From an uncultured Chloroflexia bacterium (GTDB lineage Bacteria; Chloroflexota; Chloroflexia; Thermomicrobiales; UBA6265), in contig CAWDSC010000006.1 of the NCBI GenBank assembly GCA_963804925.1, forward strand, positions 259,765 through 323,764: a stretch of 64,000 nucleotides of DNA. The letters run 5' to 3'. The notes beneath the pieces are model-generated. The model had not been told where the DNA came from and made no database searches. It saw nothing but the letters and a program-made list of their open reading frames with translations. Both the position numbers and the translations under genes were made by a program. This document shows, piece by piece, positions 49,387-59,621 of the stretch. Numbering within the stretch: position 1 is the first letter of the stretch; every line of letters begins with the position of its first letter.

Positions 49387-50105
49387 TCCTCACAGATGTC
49401 CATGCCAACCTGGAGGCGCTTGAGGCAGTGCTGGCCAGCGCCAATGGCCAGTACGACCAGATCTGGAATCTTGGCGATACGGTTGGCTATGGCCCCAATC
49501 CAGTCGAATGCCTGGAGAGGCTGAATCCCCTCGCCGTCGTTCAACTGGCGGGAAACCATGATCTTGCCTGCGCCGGAGCCGCCTCGACTGCGAACTTCAA
49601 TCCGGTCGCGAAAGCGGCGGCGGATTGGACCGCCGGTCGACTATCGCCAGAAATCCGCGCCGAGCTGGCGGCTCGTCCGAGCCGGGTTGATCTCGACGGC
49701 ATCACCCTCGCCCACGGCAGTCCTCGAGATCCCGTCTGGGAGTATGTGCTTGATCCAATCAGCGCAACCGCCAACATGCTGCACGTCGAGGGCGATCTCT
49801 GCTTCGTCGGACACTCGCATGTCGCCATGCTCGCGATCATCCGACCGGGTGACAAGAATGCCTCGATCTTCCCGCTTGCCGAAGACGAGACGGTCGATCT
49901 GCAAATCGGGCGCCTGCTCATCAACCCTGGCAGCGTCGGTCAACCGCGCGATGGTGATCCCCGGGCGGCGTATGCCGTGCTTGATACCGAGCGGCAGACG
50001 GTCGTTGGCCGCCGGATCGCCTATGATGTCACCATGACGCAAGCCAAAATGAGGGAGGCAGGGTTGCCTGATCGCCTTGCTACCAGACTCTCGTCCGGAC
50101 GGTAG
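49374..50105 (+). CDS. Metallophosphoesterase (YfcE/MJ0936-like)
   Basis: [30 protein letters not shown] and [13 protein letters not shown]. It overlaps the mnmG end by 13 nt. Confidence 0.85.
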   Translation: MRVLILTDVHANLEALEAVLASANGQYDQIWNLGDTVGYGPNPVECLERLNPLAVVQLAGNHDLACAGAASTANFNPVAKAAADWTAGRLSPEIRAELAARPSRVDLDGITLAHGSPRDPVWEYVLDPISATANMLHVEGDLCFVGHSHVAMLAIIRPGDKNASIFPLAEDETVDLQIGRLLINPGSVGQPRDGDPRAAYAVLDTERQTVVGRRIAYDVTMTQAKMREAGLPDRLATRLSSGR

Positions 50106-50200
50106 TTTCGGGCCATTGCGTTTGTTGGTGAGGGTAGTCATACTTTCGCGCGGTCCTAGCGTAATTGACGCGACCTTCGGAAGGAAGAACGGGTTCATTC

Positions 50201-50656
50201 ATGGGAGATCGTGCTCGTCGCGTTCTCGCTCCGGTCAATGGCGGACCAGGAGATGTGCGGCTCATTGAAACGCTCGCCGCGATGTGTCAGGTTTTCAAGC
50301 CAAAGTTCACGCTTGTCTACGTCGTCGAGGTTCCACAAGCCATGCCGATCGACGCCGAACTCCCTGTGGAGCTGGCGCGTGGCGAGGCCGTCCTCGGCGC
50401 CGCCGAAACCTCGCTCAAAAAGCGGATCGGCGATAAAGGTGGAGAGGTGCTGACCGAGTTGCTCCAGGCCCGGTCCGTTGGCGCCGCGATCGTCGACGAA
50501 GCCATCGAGCAACGGGCTGAGACGGTGGTTATGGCCACCGAAAACCGGGTGACCCATGGCAAGGTCAGCTACGGTGATTCTGTGAAATACGTCATGATGA
50601 ATTGCCCGTGCGAGGTGCTCCTCCTGCGTTTGGCTCTTGACGACGGAGAGGAATAA
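50201..50656 (+). CDS. Universal stress protein (UspA family)
   Basis: RVLAPVNGG..., VVMATENRVTHGKVSYGDSVKYVMMNCPCEVLLLR (ATP-binding G-x2-G-x9-G(S/T)-like tail). Confidence 0.8.
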   Translation: MGDRARRVLAPVNGGPGDVRLIETLAAMCQVFKPKFTLVYVVEVPQAMPIDAELPVELARGEAVLGAAETSLKKRIGDKGGEVLTELLQARSVGAAIVDEAIEQRAETVVMATENRVTHGKVSYGDSVKYVMMNCPCEVLLLRLALDDGEE

Positions 50657-50662
50657 CCACGA

Positions 50663-51106
50663 ATGCGCGTTGTCATTGTTGGCTGCGGGCGTGTCGGAGC
50701 CAGAATCGCCTCAATTCTCGACCATAACGGTCACGATGTTTCGGTTATCGATATCGAAGCCCGAGCGTTTCGACGACTCCCGGCCAGCTTTAAGGGCGAC
50801 ACGGTCATCGGCACCGGGATCGATGAGGATGTTCTCCGGCATGCGGGCATCGAGGGGGCATCGGCTTTTGTTGCGGTCACCGATACCGATAACCGCAATA
50901 TCATGGCGGCGCAAGTCGCTCGGCTCATCTTCAACGTGCCGGAAGTTGTGGTCAGAATCTACGATCCGGTTCGTGAAGACACCTATCGCCGTCTCGGACT
51001 GACCACCGTTTGTCCGACCACGACGATCTCCGCGCTCGTGCTCGACCACGTCATAAATTCGTTCGATACCCAGGTTGATCCGAACAGCCGCGGTCCGGAG
51101 GAGTAA
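50663..51106 (+). CDS. TrkA-N (RCK N-terminal, NAD-binding) domain protein, short form
   Basis: MRVVIVGCGRVGARIASIL...DVSVID Rossmann motif. At 147 aa it lacks an RCK_C domain. Confidence 0.8.
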   Translation: MRVVIVGCGRVGARIASILDHNGHDVSVIDIEARAFRRLPASFKGDTVIGTGIDEDVLRHAGIEGASAFVAVTDTDNRNIMAAQVARLIFNVPEVVVRIYDPVREDTYRRLGLTTVCPTTTISALVLDHVINSFDTQVDPNSRGPEE

Positions 51107-51108
51107 CC

Positions 51109-51765
51109 ATGTACATCATCGTCGCTGGCGGCGGCAAAGTCGGTTACTACCTGACGAAAACGCTTCTTTCCGAAGGGTATGAAGTGCTCCTGATCGAAAA
51201 GAATCCCGAGAAGGTGGAGATTTTCCAGGAGCGGTTCGGCGCCGTGCTGGTTGAGGGCGACGCCGCCGAAGCCGGTGTCCTCGCCTCCGCCGGCGCGGGA
51301 CGCGCCGATGTGGTGATCGCGGTAACGGGAGAAGACGAGGACAACCTCGTCATCTGCCAGATCGCCAAGAAGAAGTTCCAGGTCGGGCGCACGATTGCCC
51401 GCGTGAACAATCCGAAGAACGAACAGCTTTTTCGGATGCTTGGCATCGATGTCACCGTCAGTCAGACCAACTACATCATGCATCTGATCGAGCAATCGAT
51501 TCCGGAACGGTCGTTCACTCATCTCCTATCGCTACGGCATGCTGGGCTGGCGATGATTGACGCACGGATCGGAGTTGGATCGGCCGTTGCGAACAAAGCG
51601 ATTGATGATATCGACTTCCCGGACAACTGCATCGTCGCGGCCGTGGCTCGCGGCTCGAATGTCTTCGTTCCCCAGGGTTCGACGGTGCTTCTGCCTGGAG
51701 ATGAAGTGATCGCGCTCGCGGTCCGTGATCAGGAAGATGATCTTCGCCGGTTGCTGGTCGAGTAA
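51109..51765 (+). CDS. trkA: TrkA/KtrA-type potassium uptake regulatory protein (RCK_N plus RCK_C)
   Basis: MYIIVAGGGKVGYYLTKTLLSEGYEVLLIEKN. The C-terminal RCK_C-like part is IDFPDNCIVAAVARGSNVFVPQGSTVLLPGDEVIALA. Confidence 0.85.
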   Translation: MYIIVAGGGKVGYYLTKTLLSEGYEVLLIEKNPEKVEIFQERFGAVLVEGDAAEAGVLASAGAGRADVVIAVTGEDEDNLVICQIAKKKFQVGRTIARVNNPKNEQLFRMLGIDVTVSQTNYIMHLIEQSIPERSFTHLLSLRHAGLAMIDARIGVGSAVANKAIDDIDFPDNCIVAAVARGSNVFVPQGSTVLLPGDEVIALAVRDQEDDLRRLLVE

Positions 51766-51781
51766 TGTTCTCGACGTTGAA

Positions 51782-51825
51782 GCAAGCAACCCCGACCGTG
51801 GAGTTCCACAGCCGGGGTTGCTTGC
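51782..51825. terminator. Intrinsic terminator between the trkA and gdh 3' ends
   Basis: 13-bp stem gcaagcaaccccg / cggggttgcttgc, followed by atttcgttt on the plus strand. Confidence 0.65.
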
Positions 51826-51846
51826 ATTTCGTTTCGGCCTTGAATG

Positions 51847-53139
51847 CTACGGATAGATCCCACGCAGCTTGGTGAACTCCGCCACGCGCTCAATGGCGCG
51901 AACGAGGGCAGCAGTGCGCATATGGACGTCGTACCGCTGTGACGTGACATGGACCGCCCGGAACGCGTTGCTCATGATCTCTTTGAGACGCTCGTTCACC
52001 TGAGCTTCCGTCCACGGAAACGCCTGCAACGCCTGCACCCACTCAAAGTACGAGACGGTGACTCCGCCAGCATTCGCAAGAATGTCAGGGATCAGGAAGA
52101 CGTCATTGGCGCGAAGGATCGCGTCCGCCTCCGGACTCGTTGGTCCGTTGGCAGCTTCTGCGATCATGCGAGCCTTGATTCGCGGGGCATTGTCTTCGGT
52201 AATCTGTTTCTCCATCGCCGCCGGAATCAAGATTTCACAATCGAGCTCGAGGAGATCTTCATTCGACACATTTTCGGCGCCCGGAAAATCGACGACGGAG
52301 CCAGTGTTCGTTTTATGCGTCAGTACCGCGGCCACGTCAAGCCCGTTGGGATTCGCGATGCCACCCATCGAATCGCTGACGCCGACAACTTTCGATCCGA
52401 GTGCAGCAATGAGCGTGGCCGCAACTGATCCGGCATTGCCGAATCCCTGCACGACCGTGCGTGATTTTGAAATATCGAGACCGATCGTGTTAGCGGCCTC
52501 TTCAATCGCAAATACGCAACCTCGCCCCGTTGCTTCACCGCGTCCTGGTGAGCCTCCCAGCGCGAGCGGCTTGCCGGTGACGACGCCAGGCACGGAATAG
52601 CCCACATTCATGGAATAGGTGTCCATCAGCCACGCCATGATTTGCGGATTCGTGTTGACATCTGGAGCAGGAATGTCTTTGTGTGGTCCGATCATCGACG
52701 AGATTTCCGTCGTGAAGCGGCGCGTCAGATTTTGAAGCTCGTTCTGGGAAAGCAGCTTCGGATTGACCGTGACGCCGCCTTTGGCTCCTCCATATGGAAG
52801 TCCAACCACCGCGCATTTCCAGGTCATCCACATCGCCAGCGCGCGGACTTCGGAGATCGATACTCCCTGGTGATAGCGGATGCCACCCTTTGTTGGCCCG
52901 GGTCCCGTGTTGTGTTGAACGCGGTGGCCAGTAAAGACCTGCACGGAGCCATCGTCCATCTCGACTGGAAAATTGACCGTTAACTCGCGCTGGCAGTGGC
53001 TCAGAATCTGACGCATATCATCGTTGAGCCCGATGACATCCGCCGCGATGGTGAACTGCTCGACTGCGACGCTGAAGAGATCGTGCTCAACCTGCGTCTG
53101 GCCGGCTGCCTCGTGATGCGTCTTGGCATCGGTAACCAT
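51847..53139 (-). CDS. gdhA: Glutamate dehydrogenase (Glu/Leu/Phe/Val dehydrogenase family)
   Basis: GPTKGGIRYH, LPYGGAKGGV and VVQGFGNAGS. AGGAGG RBS. 430 aa. Confidence 0.93.
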   Translation of the reverse strand: MVTDAKTHHEAAGQTQVEHDLFSVAVEQFTIAADVIGLNDDMRQILSHCQRELTVNFPVEMDDGSVQVFTGHRVQHNTGPGPTKGGIRYHQGVSISEVRALAMWMTWKCAVVGLPYGGAKGGVTVNPKLLSQNELQNLTRRFTTEISSMIGPHKDIPAPDVNTNPQIMAWLMDTYSMNVGYSVPGVVTGKPLALGGSPGRGEATGRGCVFAIEEAANTIGLDISKSRTVVQGFGNAGSVAATLIAALGSKVVGVSDSMGGIANPNGLDVAAVLTHKTNTGSVVDFPGAENVSNEDLLELDCEILIPAAMEKQITEDNAPRIKARMIAEAANGPTSPEADAILRANDVFLIPDILANAGGVTVSYFEWVQALQAFPWTEAQVNERLKEIMSNAFRAVHVTSQRYDVHMRTAALVRAIERVAEFTKLRGIYP

Positions 53140-53222
53140 CTGCCAGGAACCTCCTGGACCGGGGCGCCTTCGCTCCGGAAACCCTATTTTGAACGGCAGG
53201 GCCGGTCCCTGCCGTCACTCCG

Positions 53223-54683
53223 TTAGGAGTCGAGTGCTTCAAGGAGCAGCGCGCGAACCTTATCGGGGTTCGCCCGCCCTCCAGTTGCTTTGATCGATTC
53301 GCCGATCAAGCGGCCAATTGCTGCTTTCTTGCCGCTCTTGTAATCGGCGACTGCGGCAGGATGCGCTTCCATTGCGGCGGCGATCGCCGCATGAATCGCC
53401 GCGTCGTCATCAAGTGAAACGAGATTCAACCGCAGTGCAGCTGCTCTCGGCATTTCACCCGGCTCCAGCTGGGCAAGCACTTCCTTGGCGGCACGAGCGG
53501 TGATCTCTCCACCGTTCACCGCGCCGAGAAGATCCCGAAGCTGCTCCGGGGTGAACGGAAGTTGATCGGCGGCGAGGCCCTGAGCCTTCGCCAATCCGAG
53601 TCCGTCATTGATGATCCAGTTCGCCGCCACACGAGCGCTGTCCGGGTTGCCGGCGATCGTCGCTTCGAACTGATCCGCAATTGCCCGGTCGGCCGTCAAT
53701 GTCGCGGCATCGGCCGGCGTCAATCCAAGTATCTCTACGAAGCGTGACAGCCTGGCGGATGGGAGCTCAGGTAGCCGGGCGCGCACGTCGTCGACCCATC
53801 TGGCGTCGACATGCAGCGGCGGCAGATCGGGTTCGGGGAAATAGCGGTAGTCGTGCGCCTGCTCTTTGGTGCGCTGCGAGGTGGTGACGCCGCGAGCCTC
53901 GACCCAACCGCGCGTTTCCTGCGGGATCGAGCCGCCGCTTTCCAACACCTCACGCTGTCGCTGCACTTCAAATCGAAGCGCGCGCTCGACCGCGCGGAAC
54001 GAATTCATATTCTTGATTTCGACTTTGCTGCCGAATTCGCTGCTGCCGACCGGTCGAATCGAAACGTTCGCATCGCAGCGGAACGCCCCTTCTTCCATGT
54101 TTCCGGTCGAAACGCCGATGTACCGGAGGATTTGCTGCAACGCCATCAAATAGTCGCGGGCTTCTTCGGGCGAGCGGAGATCGGGCTCACCCACAATCTC
54201 CATCAACGGAACTCCCGAGCGATTCAAGTCAACCAGCGAGACCTCGCGGCCATCGGCTTCGGTCCGGTGGACCAGACGACCGGTGTCTTCTTCCTGATGC
54301 ACGCGGGTAATGCCGGCCCGAATCGTTTTTCCGCCGCTTTCAAATTCGAGAAACCCGCCGACGCAAAGCGGCAGATCGTACTGGCTGATTTGATAGCCCT
54401 TGGGGAGATCGGGATAGACGTAGTTCTTCCGGTCAAACTTACAGAAAGCCGGGATGTCACAACCAAGCGCGATGCCGGTCAGCATGGCGCCTTCTATGGC
54501 CGCGCGGTTCATGACCGGCAATGCGCCGGGGAGTCCCAGGCAAACGGGGCAAACATGCGTATTGGGTTCTGCGTTGGCATATTCCGCTGAGCAACCGCAA
54601 TACATTTTGCTTCGGGTCAGGAGTTGCGCATGCACTTCCAGCCCGATGACTGTCTCGAATTCCACTGCCACCGCAACCGACAC
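53223..54683 (-). CDS. gatB: Asp-tRNA(Asn)/Glu-tRNA(Gln) amidotransferase subunit B
   Basis: [44 protein letters not shown] and a C-terminal GatB_Yqey domain. There are several candidate GTG starts at 54665-54683. Confidence 0.93.
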   Translation of the reverse strand: MSVAVAVEFETVIGLEVHAQLLTRSKMYCGCSAEYANAEPNTHVCPVCLGLPGALPVMNRAAIEGAMLTGIALGCDIPAFCKFDRKNYVYPDLPKGYQISQYDLPLCVGGFLEFESGGKTIRAGITRVHQEEDTGRLVHRTEADGREVSLVDLNRSGVPLMEIVGEPDLRSPEEARDYLMALQQILRYIGVSTGNMEEGAFRCDANVSIRPVGSSEFGSKVEIKNMNSFRAVERALRFEVQRQREVLESGGSIPQETRGWVEARGVTTSQRTKEQAHDYRYFPEPDLPPLHVDARWVDDVRARLPELPSARLSRFVEILGLTPADAATLTADRAIADQFEATIAGNPDSARVAANWIINDGLGLAKAQGLAADQLPFTPEQLRDLLGAVNGGEITARAAKEVLAQLEPGEMPRAAALRLNLVSLDDDAAIHAAIAAAMEAHPAAVADYKSGKKAAIGRLIGESIKATGGRANPDKVRALLLEALDS

Positions 54684-54967
54684 GCTGCCGCACCTCCAAA
54701 TCAACAACCTCGACCCGTGCAAACGCATTCGCTGAGTTCACACGGCAAATCGGCTCATTTTAGCACGCTGTGAATGTAGCGATGCGCGGAAATAACCCGG
54801 AGACTACGGATTCCTATGCTAGACTTCCACAGGCCAGGTGAGGCACGAAAGTCATGCGGCAATACGCGCGAAAAGCCAGTGAGACGCCCGGACGCCCTTG
54901 ACGATTTTGCCCGCTGTTTGCCGGGAAAACGCTCTTTGCCAGACTAGTGTGAGGCGAGCGCCACGAT

Positions 54968-57391
54968 ATGGTGACAACCACCGAAGTGAAAATGGTGACC
55001 GGCAAGATCAACGGCATCGAGGTTTCGGCGCCTGCCGGGACAACGATTCTCGAAGCCGCCAGAAATGCCGGAATCGAGATCCCGAATCTTTGCTATCAGC
55101 CACTCTTGCGTCCATGGGGCTCGTGCCGGATTTGCACGGTCGAGATTCTTGGCAAGCGTGGCGGTCTGATCGAATCCTGCGCGACACCATTCAGCGAAGG
55201 GATCGACGTGCTCACGCACTCCGACCCGACGATTGACGCGCGCCAGTTCATTCTTCAGATGTATCTGATCGACCACGCGCTTGACTGTCCAACCTGCGAC
55301 AAGTCGGGTGAGTGCTATTTGCAAGACAATACGTATCTCCACAACATCAATTCCAATCCCTACCGCCGTCCAAAGCTCGCGCAGTCATATACGCACTTCA
55401 GCGACACGATCGACTACAAGTGGGACCGCTGCATCATGTGCACGCGCTGCACGCGCGTGTGCGATGAGATGATCGGCGTCACCGCGATCGAGTCAACCAT
55501 CCGCAGCGCCGAAGCAAGCATCTCGCCGGCGTATGGCGTTGGCCTCGAAGACACGCTTTGCACGAACTGCGGCATGTGCATCGCGGTTTGCCCGGTCGGC
55601 GCATTGACCGATCGCCATTTCGCGCACCACCCGTGGGATCTCGATACGACCGAAACGATTTGTGGCGGTTGCGATGGCGGCTGCACGATCAACGTTGAAG
55701 CGAACAAAGGCATCGTCCGCCGCGTTTCCCATCTTTGGGAGCGAGGCGTCAATCACGGCTACACCTGCGAAACGGGCAAATGGGGGCACGAGGCGCTGCA
55801 GCATCCCGATCGCGTCTTCTACCCGCGTCTGCGTGAAAACGAGCGGGTCTACGAAGTCTCGTGGCAGGATGCCGTCGACACGATTGCCGAGTCATTCGCG
55901 CATTACCAGGGCGACGCGTTTGCCGCGTTGGTTTCGCCAGACGTCACCAATGAAGAGGCCTACGCGGTTCAGCAGTTCACCCGAGCGGTCATGCGGACGA
56001 ACAATATCGACCGCCATCTCAGCGTGAGCCAGCTCGCGGTCGAGCAGGGCGTACGCGCCTCGCTTGGTCAGGATGTCGCGCACACCAACAACCTGCAGGA
56101 ATTCTTCACTGATGTGAAGAGTGTGCTGGTCGTGGGGCCAAACGTGACCGCCACGACTCGCGTGCCGTCGTACTGGCTCTACCACTCCCGCATTTATCGC
56201 GAAGCCAAGACCGTCGTCATCAGTGAGGACAATTACCCGCTTGGGTGGCGTTCGGAAGTCTGGTTGAAACCGAATCCGGGCACGACAGTCACACTGCTGA
56301 ATGGCATCGCCCGCCAGATCATCGATCAGGGCTACGTGCCGTCTGCTGAAACCTCCGAGCCGGGATTCGCCCGTTGGGTCGAGTCGCTGGCGTCGTTCGA
56401 TCTCGCCTCGGTCGCCGCAACCACCGGTTGCGATCCTGAGAAGATCGCACGTGCGGCCCGGCTCTATGCCACCGGCGGCACCGAGCGCACGGATGAAAGC
56501 GGCAACTACCCACCGTCGCTGATCTTCAACACCGCTGCTCATATCGGCGCGGAGAAGCTCGGTCATAGCAGCGACAATCCGACTGAGATGACGATCGCCT
56601 GCAACAACCTCGCGATCCTCACGCAAAACCTCGGTCGTCGCGGCGGCGGCGTCGCCTCGATGCGCGGACCGGCCAACTACCAGGGCGTGACCGACATGGG
56701 CGCACAGCCCTGGACGTTGCCTGGCGGCGCTGACGTCAATGATCCCGTCGTCCGGAGCGCGTTCGAGCGAGCCTGGCTGGGCCGGTGGGGTGCGAAAGCG
56801 AAAACGCTGAACGGTTTCATGCCGGTTCACGAATTGCCGACCAATACCGGCAAAACCTTGATCGAAATGATCGCCGCAATTGAGCGTGGCGAAATCAAGG
56901 CGATGTACATCGAGGGCACGCTGGCTGGACGCTACGAAGCCATCAATCAGCAGTTGCTCGATGCGCTCGACAAGCTCGAGTTCCTTGTTGTCGCTGACTA
57001 CTACGATTCACCAATCGCCCAGAAGGCGGACATCGTGCTGCCGCTGGCTTCATCCCTTGAGAAGGATGGCACCTTCACCAGCCTCGACCGGACGGTGCAG
57101 CGGGTTAGGGCCGCGATTCCGGCCATGGGCGAGTCGAAATCGTCGGTTGAGATCGCCGGACTCATCTCGCAGCGCATGGGCTATGAGATGGACTACCGGG
57201 GAGCTTCGGCCGTCATGACCGAAATCACCCGGATGACGGACACCTACGGCGGCGTCACCTACGCTCGGTTGGAGCGGTCCGGGCTTTCATCGCCGGTGAC
57301 GTCATTCGCCGATCCCGGGACGCCGGTGCTCACGGTCAACGGAGATGGGAAAGTCACGCTTCACCCGTCGTTGATCAGCTTGAACGGTTAG
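54968..57391 (+). CDS. nuoG: NuoG-like NADH dehydrogenase 75-kDa-type subunit (2Fe-2S, 4Fe-4S clusters and a molybdopterin-oxidoreductase-like domain without an obvious Mo ligand)
   Basis: INGIEVSAPAGTTILEAARNAGIEIPNLCY...GSCRICTVE, HALDCPTCDKSGECYLQD, CIMCTRCTRVC and CTNCGMCIAVCPVGAL. There is no Cys/Sec-His pair where formate dehydrogenases carry one (NIDRHLS). Confidence 0.8.
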   Translation: MVTTTEVKMVTGKINGIEVSAPAGTTILEAARNAGIEIPNLCYQPLLRPWGSCRICTVEILGKRGGLIESCATPFSEGIDVLTHSDPTIDARQFILQMYLIDHALDCPTCDKSGECYLQDNTYLHNINSNPYRRPKLAQSYTHFSDTIDYKWDRCIMCTRCTRVCDEMIGVTAIESTIRSAEASISPAYGVGLEDTLCTNCGMCIAVCPVGALTDRHFAHHPWDLDTTETICGGCDGGCTINVEANKGIVRRVSHLWERGVNHGYTCETGKWGHEALQHPDRVFYPRLRENERVYEVSWQDAVDTIAESFAHYQGDAFAALVSPDVTNEEAYAVQQFTRAVMRTNNIDRHLSVSQLAVEQGVRASLGQDVAHTNNLQEFFTDVKSVLVVGPNVTATTRVPSYWLYHSRIYREAKTVVISEDNYPLGWRSEVWLKPNPGTTVTLLNGIARQIIDQGYVPSAETSEPGFARWVESLASFDLASVAATTGCDPEKIARAARLYATGGTERTDESGNYPPSLIFNTAAHIGAEKLGHSSDNPTEMTIACNNLAILTQNLGRRGGGVASMRGPANYQGVTDMGAQPWTLPGGADVNDPVVRSAFERAWLGRWGAKAKTLNGFMPVHELPTNTGKTLIEMIAAIERGEIKAMYIEGTLAGRYEAINQQLLDALDKLEFLVVADYYDSPIAQKADIVLPLASSLEKDGTFTSLDRTVQRVRAAIPAMGESKSSVEIAGLISQRMGYEMDYRGASAVMTEITRMTDTYGGVTYARLERSGLSSPVTSFADPGTPVLTVNGDGKVTLHPSLISLNG

Positions 57392-57443
57392 TCAGGTCAC
57401 ACTCCTGGTTCTCGCCCGGCGGGAACCGGCAAAGGATGGTTCG

Positions 57444-57881
57444 ATGTTCGACGAGGTCAAGGGCTTCGCCGTCACATTCAAACGGCTCTTCGCGCCGACG
57501 CTGACGATCCAGTATCCGGAAGAGCGTCGCGAAATGGCGCCCCGCTTCCGGGGTCTGCCATCGCTCCGTTCCGATCCGGAAACGAACGAGGCGCTCTGTG
57601 TCGCTTGCGGACTCTGCGCGCGCGTCTGCCCGACTTCCTGTCTTGAGATGAATGTCATCCCATCCGAGGAAGGCGACCGCGAGCTCGGCGAATTCATTTT
57701 GCGCTCCGGTCGCTGCATGTTCTGCGGGCTTTGCGCCCAGGTCTGCCCGGTCGATGCGATCACCATGAGCCAGGAGTACGAGCTTTCCGTGCTCGACCGC
57801 GACGGTCTCGTCTACACCAAGATCGAACTCGCCACGATCGGCTCGCAAGCGCCAATCTGGTGGGACTCCGGCAAAAACTAA
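57444..57881 (+). CDS. nuoI: NuoI-like 2x[4Fe-4S] ferredoxin subunit
   Basis: TIQYPEERREMAPRFRG, CVACGLCARVCPTSC and CMFCGLCAQVCPVDAI. 145 aa. Confidence 0.8.
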   Translation: MFDEVKGFAVTFKRLFAPTLTIQYPEERREMAPRFRGLPSLRSDPETNEALCVACGLCARVCPTSCLEMNVIPSEEGDRELGEFILRSGRCMFCGLCAQVCPVDAITMSQEYELSVLDRDGLVYTKIELATIGSQAPIWWDSGKN

Positions 57882-57896
57882 CGCAAACATCCACAC

Positions 57897-57933
57897 AAAA
57901 AGCGGGCTGGAGATCGATCTCCAGCCCGCTTTT
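57897..57933. terminator. Bidirectional intrinsic terminator
   Basis: aaaa-agcgggctggagatcgatctccagcccgct-ttt. The stem is perfect and is flanked by A and T tracts, between the nuoI and pyrE 3' ends. Confidence 0.8.
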
Positions 57934-58009
57934 GATTGTCGTACAGTTCTCAGTCTCGTAGAGACTTTGTCTTGCAACACTGGACTTCAGTCCGGTGCTA
58001 CCCCGGCGA

Positions 58010-58607
58010 CTACGCCCCCGGAACTGCCGTCGTCCCCGGCTTCAACAATGGAATGTTCAACGCACACAACGGGCATTCATTTTCTGCCCAGCTCGTCACT
58101 TCGAGTTTGTTCACCAGCGAGAAGAGCGGCACGCCATCGAACGCAACCTGACCGCCGCTGCGGTCAACCAACACCGCCACCGCGATGACGTCAACCGGGT
58201 GCCGCTTCAGTGCAGCGAGCGTCTCTCGCACCGACCCACCGGTGGTCAGGATGTCGTCCACAACAAGCACCCGGCTTCCCGCTGCAAAGGTGGTACCACG
58301 ACGAAATTCCCGGCCCGTGCCTCCGTCGGCGACACGCTCGGCGTATGCCGCCGCGACTCCAAGTTGGCGGCCCACTTCGAAGGCGAGGATGATGCCGCCG
58401 GTGGTTGGTCCCGCCACGACATCGATACGATCGTCTCGAAACCGGTCAGCGAAACCACGTGCAGACCGACTCGGTTTCTTTCGGTTGGCGGAGCAGATCG
58501 AACTTCTCAACATACCGGTCGGAATGTCGTCCGGATGAGAGAAGAAAGTGTCCCTCTTTCAGCGCGCCGGCGCTGCGAAGACGATCGAGCACGAAATCTT
58601 GATTCAT
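58010..58607 (-). pseudogene. pyrE: Orotate phosphoribosyltransferase, one frame break
   Basis: N-terminal MNQDFVLDRLRSAGALKEGHFLLSSGRHSDRYVEKFDLLRQPKETESVC, then a second frame gives RGFADRFRDDRIDVVAGPTTGGIILAFEVG...VLVVDDILTTGGS (PRPP motif). A single-base shift at about 58462 joins them. Confidence 0.85.
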
Positions 58608-58624
58608 GTCTCCCCTTCTCTTAT

Positions 58625-59608
58625 CTATCGTCCCGAGGCGACACCGGGAATCTCGATGCCTCTCCGGGCGTGATACCGGCTGTTGGCGACACCGACGATC
58701 TCGTCGAGTGATGCGCATCCTTGCTGCTCAAGCCAGATCGGAAGCTGGTCGATCACGTCGATCAGCAGATTCGGCTGCACGAAGACAGCAGTGCCGATCT
58801 GAATGGCGCTGGCACCGGCCATGAAGAACTCCAGGGCGTCGTTGAACGTCGTAATGCCCCCCAGACCGATCACAGGTATCTGCACGGCTCCTGCAACCTG
58901 ATAGACCATTCGCACCGCTACGGGCTTCACAGCGGGCCCTGAGAGGCCACCAGTGCCATTTGCGAGCACCGGCTTGCGACGGCGCACGTCGATCGCCATC
59001 CCGACAAGGGTGTTGATCAACGAGACGGCATCCGCTCCCGCTTCCTCGACCGCCTGAGCCACCTCGGCGACATCAATCGCGCCAGGACTTAGTTTGACGA
59101 TCACCGGCAATGTCGTCGCCGATCGCACTGCCCGCGTCACCTCCGCCGACATTTCCGGATCCCAACCGAAACAGAATCCACCGGCGTTGATATTGGGACA
59201 GGAGATATTCACTTCGAGTCCGGCAATTCCCGGTGTCTCATCGAGAATGCTGGCCATCATCGCAAAATCATCAACCGTTTCGGCGGAGATATTGACGATC
59301 GCCGGCACCTGCCAGTGCTCCCAGAGCGGAGGATATTTCTTGATGAACCCTTTGATGCCTGGATTCTGCAGTCCGATCGCGTTCAGCATTCCTGCCGGCG
59401 TCTCGGTGATGCGCGGCATCGCATTGCCTTGACGCGACTTTGGCGTGATGCCTTTGCTGACGAATGCGCCAAGCCGCTGCACATCGATCAGATGCGCATA
59501 CTCCTGGCCATACCCGAAACAGCCTGACGCCGCCATCACCGGGTTCGCCAGGCGCAGCTCGCGCGGATTGTTTGGAGCGAGATCGACCGCGATGTCTGGA
59601 AGTGTCAC
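58625..59608 (-). CDS. pyrD: Dihydroorotate dehydrogenase, class 1B catalytic subunit
   Basis: LANPVMAASGCFGYG, NAIGLQNPG, LEVNISCPN and GGITTFNDALEFFMAGASAIQIGTA. Confidence 0.92.
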   Translation of the reverse strand: MTLPDIAVDLAPNNPRELRLANPVMAASGCFGYGQEYAHLIDVQRLGAFVSKGITPKSRQGNAMPRITETPAGMLNAIGLQNPGIKGFIKKYPPLWEHWQVPAIVNISAETVDDFAMMASILDETPGIAGLEVNISCPNINAGGFCFGWDPEMSAEVTRAVRSATTLPVIVKLSPGAIDVAEVAQAVEEAGADAVSLINTLVGMAIDVRRRKPVLANGTGGLSGPAVKPVAVRMVYQVAGAVQIPVIGLGGITTFNDALEFFMAGASAIQIGTAVFVQPNLLIDVIDQLPIWLEQQGCASLDEIVGVANSRYHARRGIEIPGVASGR

Positions 59609-59621
59609 CGTTCGCTCCTCG

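Noticed and set aside
53193-53215. Hairpin acggcaggg-ccggt-ccctgccgt between gatB and gdh, considered as an intrinsic terminator
   Set aside because: On the transcribed (minus) strand it is followed by an A-rich rather than a U-rich tract. It may be a processing or attenuation structure, but it is not a canonical terminator.
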